Source: Iphione sp. A-MEVVRFRX5 (lineage: Eukaryota). From it: a stretch of DNA of 64,000 nt. Positions within the stretch are counted from its first letter, which is position 1; every line of letters begins with the position of its first letter. Of the stretch, positions 34,636-44,945 are shown in pieces. The stretch lies in contig OZ320313.1 in the NCBI GenBank assembly GCA_976226885.1, positions 52,204,001 to 52,268,000 on the forward strand, written 5' to 3'. Below the pieces are notes generated by a model. It had not been told where the DNA came from and did no database searches. It worked only from the letters and a program-made list of their open reading frames with translations. Position numbers and translations under genes: made by a program.

Positions 34636-37600
34636 CAATTTTCATTGATTTCAGTGTATATAAATGTACCTTGTATTTATTTACATGCATTGATCTAATG
34701 TATATACATTTACTTGAATAAATAATTATTTGTCTATTGAAGTATTAATATGGATTATTATTGATTTGTAGAGAGAGAGAGAGAAAGGGATATGATTTCA
34801 AGCCCAGACCCCCATACAAAATCACTTTGAGACCATATTCGCTATTAAGACCATTTTGGGCCGGCCCAAGTGGTGGTCGCAAAGTGAGTTTCTCCTGTAT
34901 ATTCATGGATGTCTATAGTTTCACTAAGTTTGGGAGCAAAAGTTTGGCGCGTGGACTTCCTCCAGACGAAAAGCAGACGCATAAAAACATTAGGACCTCG
35001 TCTTACTAGGTGCTAGTTGGGCGGGGTGTTTTTTAGAGCAAGAAAAGAATTAAATTTCTCATGCGTTTCTCAATAAGCATCTCAGGTTTCGTGTTGCCAA
35101 CTGATGAATGCGCCGTCACTTTGTAATTGATGAGCTCCAATGTGTGTGGAGGCAATGGGGTCTGAGTGTCTAGAGAAAAGGCTGGTCCCTTGAGGACGTC
35201 TTTCTGGTATCCTTTGATGCGATTTATTTCATTGGGTTTCCATCGACGCTAAGAGCACTAACTGTAAGATTCTCAACGGGAAAAGAATATCGTCTATCAC
35301 AGAACATAATAGCATCCTCTATCTGATGAGAATTACGTACTGAAATGAAACAAATTGTACGGGATAACCCCGCACGTTTACTTCTTTCCTTGATCCAAAA
35401 GAATTGAAAGTCTGTTTACGAATGTACATACATGTACACACTGTGGAACGACTTCCATCTGTTCTGCTTCAATCATAACCAATAACGTAAGCATTAATAA
35501 AACTGTGCGAGCTAAACTGAGTGTCTGCATGACTGTGTGCGTTTGATGACTGCTCTACGGCTTACGCATGACAGAGGCCTCCTGATTTCATCACCTTGGC
35601 TCTCTATGTTAACAGTCTGAGTCCAGTTGAATAGCTGGAGACACGTGACACATTGTAAAAAGGCGTTCGTCTGAAGGCCACAGAAGAGTCGACTTTTGTT
35701 GACTGTTGGAGGCCAAGATCCAAGGCAATAATCGCCCTTAATGAGATACCGATATGGCCCAGATAAGGAGGACTAGGTGGGCAGTCGGACCCACTGAGCT
35801 CCTCACTTAGGGCGCGTTCTTTGATGTCAGGCGGGCGCCGAATAATACGCCGTCAACCTATTCCAGTGGAAGATCCACCCTCTCCGAAGCTTACAACTGA
35901 GCGACGCGGCCGATAAAAAAAAGGATAAAAAAAGCAAAGATCTCTTTGTATCTTTCCTGCCGACGTTAACGACTTTGACACGGAGCCGCCGTCATTCCCC
36001 TATCACCTTGCAGGGCTTTCTCGTTGAGTTCGCCCCAAGTGCTCCCGGGTAATAATGACAAAGTGCTGAGATGGCAAACGCCAACTTCATTATTTCTGTT
36101 TGAATTTCGTCACATCGTGCAAATGAAAGAATTTTTGTTTGACTGTTGCTTGTTCATCAGTGGTAGCAGCCCGGAACAAGAAGACATAGAGGCGCGATAT
36201 GGTCAAACACATGTGTTTCTAAACACCTAGTACAAGCTTCGTCTTCCACATCATTGAGTTGATGAAATGAGTGGTTGACGATTGTAAAGAGGCCTTCACC
36301 TCCTACGTTAGGAATGAACATCTAATCAGAAAAGTGTCACACATTCAATTTACGAGAAGAAACTGTACTACACTTACAGTTGGATCACTTGTTCTAATTT
36401 TTATAAATTCAAAATTCAACTTTGGTTGCTAGACACCACTTGGCATTTATGGCCAGCAACGACGCACAGCGGCTACCTGTGTCCGCCTAATAATAGATCG
36501 AGATTGTCACACAAAGCAGGCCGGCTGGCACTTTTGGCGTGGCCTACTACCGAACGTCGACGATGAATTACCATCGGCGCCGGAGCAGCATCCGGCCGCG
36601 CCCTTCCAGCTACTTCCCGTCTGCGGCCTTTCCTGTTCCGGAGGTCAAGGACGCGACTGAAATCACATGATCCTGTTGGTGAAGGGTGGACAGGTAGGAA
36701 GGCGGTGGTGCAGAGGGGGGTGCGCGGCGCAGGAGGTTGACGTGCCAATTTTGCCGGACCATCCTCTGCCCGCATGAATCTGACATTTGCGTATGCTACT
36801 CATCCCCTTTTGATCCACTACATGCTTTGCTAGCATAAACCCCGTGCTTTATTATGGCTGTTTTATTTCGTGTAGGCTAACAACAGCTGGATCAATTTCA
36901 CATCATTTTTTTAGTTTCGCCCGTGGGAAAATGCGTTTCATTTTTTGTGTGCCAAATATACTTAACAAGTCTAGGGCGGCACGCAATTTTTCATCACATT
37001 CATAAGGACCCTTCTGCCGGCCGTAATCATCCTAGATAGAAATGTAGTTTAGAGACTAGGAGGGGGGATGGCAAATGACGTATTATCGCCATGTGTTGGA
37101 AATAATCCGCTACTTTCTACACTATACCGGCTTCTCAGCCGGGCCGTAACCTTTGTGGTGTGGGTAAATGCGCTAGGGACGCCCCAGCCTCACAGGGAGG
37201 AAGGGCGGGGACTCTAAGTGCCCGCAGCCCTAGTGATTAAACTCTCCACTAATGGCCCGATCCCATGTCAGCTCTAATTTAATATGACAGCCGCTCTTAC
37301 ATAATGTCCAAGATAAGACGTGTGCGGCAAGCGAGAAAAAAAACCCATCCATACAACCATCGACGGCGGTTCTAATGACTAGTCAGCACGGAAAATGATA
37401 ATGAATCATGGCTAAATAGGAGGAGAGGTACAGAGGGGGCTGGGTAGGAAAGGAGACGGCTCCCCTGATAATGACGAGCGATGAAACAACATACATAGGA
37501 AGAAGGCGAAATCATCTAGAGAGGAGGTCAGATTGGAAAAGTCGTTCATTCTTTAGAATAAAAACAGTATCTGTGGAGGTAAAAAAGTAAATAACTTGGA

Positions 37601-37845
37601 CCATTGGGTGTTTTCGTTAGCATTTAGAAAATCGATCGTAGTAAAAAGCCAGTGACCTGCCGGATGAATAGGATCAACAGGGTAAGACACACACGGACCG
37701 GTTACAGAGGCCAACACGTGTGCCTGGGCGTGAGGGTGATATACATGTACATGTATATATATGAATATACATGTACATATATCGAGAGATAGAAAGAGAT
37801 AGAATACAGAAAGAGAAAGATGAAATCATATAGATGGACAGACCG

Positions 37846-37846
<1 letters not shown>

Positions 37847-37896
<50 letters not shown>

Positions 37897-37907
37897 CAGA
37901 TAGATAG
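37847..37907. repeat. (GATA)n microsatellite
   Basis: GATA tetranucleotide run seen directly. Confidence 0.95.
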
Positions 37908-38524
37908 AGAGAGAGGGGGGTAAACAATGATGAATAAGATATAGCAGCTCCAAAGTAAGAAATGTGACACAGTAGCGGGAATCTAATTTTTAATAATCTA
38001 ATATTTACATGTCTAAAGGCATTACCCTCACTCATGGAATTAGACGGTCGATAGTATTCCCATGAAACAAAGAAAAAAAGAGTGATTAACACCATACGAA
38101 ACAAAACGCCTTCAACAGAGAAAATTAGAATGTGGCACGTCAACATGAGTATAGATTCATAGTTCTTGTAACTGTATTGTATGTGGACGAAATGAGGAAA
38201 CACGTTCTCAATGGTGACTAACATTGGTACGATATCATGAAATTCAACACTTTGTGTTATGTACAATTTACAAGTACATTTGTATATAAAAGGCAAATTT
38301 GATGGGGCGCAATTATACAGTCAAATCTGCTCATCAGGAGCTTCAGACCCGGATTTACTAATTATCCGGATCAATTTTTACACATGTATGTATAAGATGC
38401 CAGAAAATGTAATGTGTATTAGTCTGACAAGAATCTATAATTGAGATAATATGGTTAAAATTTGAAAAAGAAGAGAAAGGGGAGGAGTGGGGCTCTCCCC
38501 CCACAGTAATGCAAGGAAAAAAGG

Positions 38525-38675
38525 AATACTTCTGGAGGCTATACTTAAGATGCATCTGATTTATGAAAAAGGGACCAAATATTTCTGGAGGTAGCAGTAA
38601 AGATGCATTTAATTTCTGAAAAGTGAGAAATTTTACTGGAGGTTTGGCTAGAGATGCACTGAATTTATGAAAAAC
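38525..38675. repeat. About 52-bp degenerate tandem repeat, 3 copies
   Basis: CTGGAGG at 38532, 38585 and 38636, each followed by AGATGCA..(A)ATTT.TGAAAA. Confidence 0.8.
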
Positions 38676-39248
38676 CAGCAAGCATTTCCAGAGATCTTGT
38701 TAAAGAGGTATGGAATTCATGAAAATATGTGAAAGAAAGGGGTCGGGGTCGCCCCCACATTAATTGAAGATAGGATGTGTGTATGAGCTCTCCCCTACAT
38801 TAATTAAAGAAAATATTTAACCTCTAACAATGATTCATCTTTAATCTTGCAATGAATAAAAGAATGAATTTTTACCCTACATGGATAAAATGTTGCCGTA
38901 AAGTAGATCAGCCTATTTGGGAGGAAACCTCAGACATGTGATTTGAGAAAGGTCAATGGTTTATTACATTTGGTTAGATCTTTAGTAAGAATATTGAAAT
39001 ATGAGACAATTGTCATGTACGTTGTCTTGAAAATGAGTACTTTAAGTAAAAACAAGGAAAACATTCGACTATTTTTTCAGTTAGGTACAGTGGAACCTTA
39101 GGGTACAGTCAGCTCAGAAACTCAAATAACAAGGGATTAGCGGCAGTTGGAGGCTTGTCAGACAATTCTTCAATGATTGTGTTCAGTTGGCAAAACCTGA
39201 TTCTAAATAGTTATTAAATGTTATAGACACCATGAAAAGCATTGATAT

Positions 39249-39872
39249 AACAAGAGTGTGGACCTGTGAGGTCTATTGTCCCCTGCCATGAACTGCCCAG
39301 AGAGAGAGGGCAGAGGGGGGGGGGGAGAGAGAGAGAGAGAGAGAATGAGTATGTGTATGTGTGTGTGTGGTGTCTCTCTCTTTACAACCACCTTGATTGG
39401 TACCTAATTTCAGGGTGGTTGGCTGGGCTTAAGTCCTTCAGGTTTACAACTCTTGGTTTTGCCTCACTGAGCACCAGACTGCTACAAACCCTCGGTTCTT
39501 CATGACTGAGCACAGCTCTCTTGGTTCTGCCTCAATGAGCACCAGACTGCTGGTAGAAGGGAGATATTGTTAAGTGTGTATGTGTACATGTATGTGCATT
39601 GTCAGACCTAGGAACCCCTAAACCAAGTATGTATGTTTGTAGGTGTGTTAGCAAATGAGTAAAATTGGTATAATTTCACTCTTAAAATACTTGAATTATG
39701 ACCAAAATTACACAGTGCCATGGGGCAATGTACACAAATATTATATCTTAAAATCAGGTCTTTTGAGTCAATGGTTTAAGACTTATAAGACCCACAAGAG
39801 TGTGACGGATGGTCGGGACAACAGCTCATAGCATTCCTAATGTCCCCCCCTCTATGAGGCGGGGGACAACAA
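39249..39872 (+). mobile_element. DINE-1/HINE-like non-autonomous Helentron element, copy 1
   Basis: 5' end AACAAGAGTGTGGACC, internal microsatellite and short tandem core repeats, 3' hairpin TGTCCCCCCC-TCTATGAGGC-GGGGGACA followed by ACAA. Colinear with 56942-57544. Confidence 0.75.
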
Positions 39873-40119
39873 GGGATTAGTGCCAGTGTGGGCTTAACTG
39901 ACAGTTTTTCAATGGCCACACACCTGGCACACACTCAGAAATAAGGTCGACAGGCTACTGTGGCCACTTTAGATCAGTAGGTGACCGAGGCCTCACTGTA
40001 CTGGGATATGATAAGGAGGAATTCCATAGTGGTGATGTCATTACAGGGACAACCCTTCTTATCAGTGGTTTGTGTGCAGTCAAGCAGAACTAAAGAAACT
40101 AACCTACTACCGCTTACTG

Positions 40120-40144
40120 CTCTCTCTCTTCCTTTCTCTCTCTC

Positions 40145-40192
<48 letters not shown>

Positions 40193-40317
40193 CTCACACT
40201 CATTTTCTCTCTTTCTCGGTACTCACACTCAACTCTTTCTCTGTGTGTGTACCCACACTTACTCTCTTGTTCTCCCTCCTTCTCGGTATGTATACTCACA
40301 TACATACTCTCTCTCAG

Positions 40318-40352
<35 letters not shown>
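40120..40352. repeat. (CT)n microsatellites with a CT/CA-rich spacer
   Basis: CT runs at 40120-40189 and 40320-40352. Confidence 0.95.
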
Positions 40353-40355
<3 letters not shown>

Positions 40356-40522
40356 CTGACAAAACCTCAAAGTGAAAATGCCGAGGGCACTTGTCATGTA
40401 ACAAAGCTTCACTTTCCTATACACTCATATTTTTAAAAATCTGATTGGTACTGTACAAAACCTTCTTCGTGGGGCGTCATATATGTATAGTTTAAACATC
40501 TTTTCATTACAAGACACTGTAG

Positions 40523-41269
40523 TGTGATAAAGTTAGGAAAATATTTCTCTCCATATACATTATATTTCTATTCAATACATATCAATTCTATATTCCTTTA
40601 TAATATTATATTCTGTAAGCTAGCTACCCCCTTGCATATCATTAGCCTCTCTGAGCTGGTGTCAGCTCATGGGCCAGACTGACACTCAGCTGAGTGAAAT
40701 ATATGTTTGTTGATGGGAAATCTCACTAAGGAATTGCATTGCTGAAGATCATGCTTATGGGAGATGGTGGTTGGTGCGTCAACTGTCCCTTCAACTCGTT
40801 GTTTTTGTTGATTCACCCTCATATCTTTTCCAGGCTTGCTGAGATGTGGAATGGTGCTGTTGTAACATCACATGAGCACTATTTGTTTTCTAAATGCATT
40901 TTAATTACTTAAATTGTTTAATTCTTGTCATATTAATCTATACATAGTGATAGGTCTTTTACTTTTCTCTTCTCATATCATTTCTTCCATTATATGGTAT
41001 ACTTTACATATGTCAATAGACATATGTAATTTATGAAAATGTAAGTCAGCAGAACTTTTACTTAGAAATATTTCCTCTTTTTTATAACCAGTTCCTTCCT
41101 TAAAAGTGTGTTCCAGACTTGGGGGGAGAGGGGGATATATGTTATAAAGTTAGGAAATATTTCTCTCCATATACACTATATTTCTATTGAATACATATCA
41201 ATCCTATATTTCTCTTTATATTATATTCTGTAAGCTAGCTACTCCCTTGCATATCATTAGCCTCTCACA
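40523..41269 (+). repeat. About 125-bp direct repeat pair spaced about 617 bp apart
   Basis: ATAAAGTTAGGAAA.TATTTCTCTCCATATAC...GCTAGCTAC.CCCTTGCATATCATTAGCCTCTC at 40527-40651 and 41144-41266. Both are preceded by TGT, and a purine tract precedes the second copy. Confidence 0.85.
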
Positions 41270-41851
41270 CCCCTATTTGTGTACAGTGACCACATTGGTC
41301 AGAACCACTCTGACCACTGACCTAAATAAATCAGTCTGCTCCCTACATTTAACTCTTTCCAGTCCGCACAGTAGGAAATCATCCACATATGGCGAACTGG
41401 AAGGAGTTAAGCTGTGTGGACCTGTTTCTTCATCCCTCATCTCATTTCATATCAGTAAAATAAGCTGCAATTAGTTGTTCAACAATGTCGTTTGTGGAAG
41501 ATCAGCCTATTTTTATCCTCTTTATGTCAGGGGACCAGTGGAAACCACTACGTCCAACAGGTACACATATGATAATGTTTATAAAAAAAACTATGACTGT
41601 TTTAATACAATATGAAGCTTTGATACGACACCAAATTACACTTCGCACCTTCAGGTGGAGGGGGAAGTTATGTAAAGGGATCAATACAGGGACGTGGAAG
41701 AGTCTGTGCTTGTGATGCTTATATTGCACATCTCTCTCAGTCTCATACATAAGACACCCCTCAGAAATGCTACCTTCTCTCACATGACGTAACCGTCGAA
41801 TTTCTATAGGCCAGATTAGATTAGTCCAGATGTGAGACCCTATAGATCGCT

Positions 41852-41946
41852 TGACCTTTATTGACCTTAATAGAGGATGACTTAAGCTGCTGGTTGCCGG
41901 ACAGGGATGCCCGCCAGAAAGGGTCAAACGAGAAAGGTCAGGGTCA
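41852..41946. promoter_or_regulatory. Cluster of nuclear-receptor half-sites including a perfect DR4
   Basis: TGACCT-TTAT-TGACCT (41852-41867) is AGGTCA-n4-AGGTCA on the minus strand. GGGTCA-n8-AGGTCA-GGGTCA lies at 41921-41946. Confidence 0.4.
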
Positions 41947-42196
41947 GTGTGTCTGCTATTTATTCGTAATGAAGTGGCCGCGGGTTTGACGTGGAGCCGC
42001 CGTGACTTCTAGGGAAGAATCCCACGGCACTCACCCCGACTCGAATTGTGCGTGCCCTCAGGCGTCATAACATGTCCAACGCACAAAAGTAACGGGCCCA
42101 TAAGGATTTGAACCAATCATCTCATAGCATCTCAGCGGGCACACTGCTGTCATGCTGAAGAATGGTGCTCTCCAGGGAGACCTGGTGTCGGCGCTT

Positions 42197-42352
42197 NNNN
42201 NNNNNNNNNNNNNNNNNNNNNNNNNNNNNNNNNNNNNNNNNNNNNNNNNNNNNNNNNNNNNNNNNNNNNNNNNNNNNNNNNNNNNNNNNNNNNNNNNNNN
42301 NNNNNNNNNNNNNNNNNNNNNNNNNNNNNNNNNNNNNNNNNNNNNNNNNNNN
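42197..42352. other. Assembly gap (N run)
   Basis: Run of N. Confidence 1.
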
Positions 42353-44649
42353 GCAATTTTTCACTGATGCTACTCATAAATATCTCGTTCTGCTGCGGTT
42401 TCTAAACTGCGGCAGTTTTCCACTAATGTTACTGCCAGCTGCTGTCATTGGTTTGGTAACAACTGCGTCAAATTATTTATTGTTAACCGTAAAGTAACCA
42501 GTGTACACCAAAATCTTGGGATGAGCATATCTTTTCTTTCCTGTGTTCCTACCGTTACAAATATTTCCATACATGATTCCCTTCAATTGATTTCTCCTCA
42601 GATGGAATAATCCCACCGAAAGGGAAATGTAAACTGGACTCTTAAAGGACCTGAAGGAAGAGAATCCTTGAAATTCCACGGAAAGTCCTCGCCAACCAAA
42701 CACCTTTCTCATCTGTCCTCCTTCCATTACATGAAGGCAACTCACAGACTGGATTAATGCCATTTATGCTAAACTGCTACAATGTGGGAAATGTGATCAC
42801 GTCGCGGTCATGGAAATAATTTAATCTGGACTGGTTCCCTAAATACTCGAGTGGTGATAAAATTCTGCATTTGAGGGATGACCGGCGCCAAAACGTGTTG
42901 ACTTATTAATGCTGACGTTAATGACGTGTCATCCACTAGCAAAACACGGCAGACGCGCCCGCTGCGGTTCTTATGATGTATGGTATTAACCGTCCTTTTC
43001 TTTTCTAGATTATCAAGAGCTAATTAGAGGCCCTGGTTCTAGCGAATGTTTATCACGCTCGCGTGCCATTTGTCAGCGTGAGAGTGCCGATAACGACGCG
43101 ACATCTTGTACGTCTGCTTTTCAGCTGAATATGATATCTGTCCGTATCTGTTTGGCTGTCTACCGCCTCATCCCCCAATGCCTCTCTGCAGAAATCGTCC
43201 ATATATACATGTATAAAGTATGACGTCGGTGCTTCTCGCTGATAGTTCCCTGACCGGTCCATCCAACAGTCTGAAAAAAAAGTATTTTTGTCCCGTGTTT
43301 TAACCTCCACTAATCACTGTTCATCTTTCACCCGGTCACCGTGTACTATCGAGCAGTGAAATGGGGGGGGGGGCGCAAGGTGTATGGAAATGTTGCGAAC
43401 TATTCCATCAGGGCTTCCACCCTATCCACCTTACAGCCATCACCACCACCGCCGTCTCCCAGGGATAACCAACGACAAATACAACAGCAGACACGCTCGG
43501 CCTTTGCTGACCAGGATTAACAGTCCGTGGCCTGCCAACGGCCATTTAGTCCCTTTTGGTGAATCCTGCGAAGCTAGTTTATCTCTACCTAAAGCACATT
43601 TAAAGGCTTCCAGCGGTCGTTTGCCTTGCGAGCAACGATGTGAGAATGGCTGAGGTCCGAGGATTTATCATCCACCGGAGCTTTGCTCTCATTTAATACG
43701 GAGTCATGAATTTCTCACGGTTAACTGATCGTAAATCTGCGGGCACCTGCACCTATCTCCCCATCTCCAACGGGACTTGCTACAGGCAGGAGGCTACTGC
43801 CCTGCCCAGTGTGGCTGCTCGCCCTGTCTGCCCAGCCCACCATTGGCTACCAAGAATGACACGAAGGAAAAAGCAAACAGACCAGATTGACCGGCAGATG
43901 GAATGAGAGAGGTGAGGAGAGAGGGAAGGACACCATATACATGGAAAAGGACTGTCTGTGAGGGTGTGCAAACAGGTGTTTAAAAAACATAAATTCCCGC
44001 AAGGACCCTGTATATGTTTTCAAAAATCAGACACATGGAAATCCAGTCTAAACATCATATTCAAACAGAGCAATCTGAAACGCACATTGTTTTGGAAAAC
44101 GACGGTTGACTGTACATGTATATGTGGTTCTCTAGAGCATTCTTTGGCTAAGTACTGTATTCATTCTTGGCCCACACATCTGACAAAGGCGCTCTGGGAT
44201 CTCAATATTTGATTAGAACAATGTCATTCAACATCTGTCCACTTTAGTGATAATTACCTCCTTTACGTAGTCCCTTGTCTAAGATACCAAAATGTATATC
44301 TAGACCTTTAAAAGTACAAAAATACATTTCATTACAATATAATAATCTTAATACTGACAAAGTTTCGACAAATAAAATGTTCAGTAATGTGTGAAAAAAC
44401 GTAAAAGTCGCTCCTTGTACAGATGTCGTCTACAGGACAGAATGGCGGGGATGCGGTGTAGCCCGTCGTGCAACCTCAATGGCTTGATGACGTCACGTCA
44501 CATCACTATATATTCTTCTTTTTCATGTGACATATGAACATGTACAGAGTTTGAATGATATGTGTGATGCTTGAAGATCCTCACCATCCCCCCCTCCGAA
44601 AAGAAAAACAGTATAGTCAGACGTACGGTAGGCGGGACACATATAGACA

Positions 44650-44945
44650 AGGACAACATGTTCAAATGTATTAATGACAGGTTCCTGAAGTCAGTAAAGG
44701 ATTTAGTTACAGGTTCTACCCATGTAGCCCCACTGAAAAGAAATCCTCCCTATAAGCCAATTACTGTATTTGATGAAGTAAGCTATGAACAGGTCTACAT
44801 GGTCTACATGGTCATTAAGAAAATAAAAATAAATAAGCCATCTGGGGTGAAAGGTATTTGCATGGCAGTGTTAAAAGACTTATTATTGATAAAGCTGTAG
44901 TATTTCCTGATAGTAGGATGTACCATAACAGCTTTATTACCAGGT
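44650..44945 (+). pseudogene. Decayed non-LTR retrotransposon ORF2 fragment (just N-terminal to RT; CR1/L2-group-like)
   Basis: INDRFLKSVKDL..FDEVSYEQV..VIKKIKINKPSGVKGICMAVLKD followed, after a stop and frameshift, by VFPDS..TITALLP. This resembles the LINE motif EV..I..LK..KSSG.DGI...LK...G.FP.SWK.A.ITPL.K. A 9-bp tandem duplication GGTCTACAT explains the extra YMV. Confidence 0.65.

Larger units (their letters stand above)
32101..34897 (+). mobile_element. Full-length pogo/Tigger DNA transposon
   Basis: TA TSD at 32099-32100 and 34898-34899. TIRs are CAGGAAAAACTCGCTTTGAGACCA and (reverse complement of the right end) CAGGAGAAACTCACTTTGCGACCA, 21/24 identical. Repeated subterminal GACCA motifs, an intact transposase ORF, and AATAAA at about 34717. 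Confidence 0.97.
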
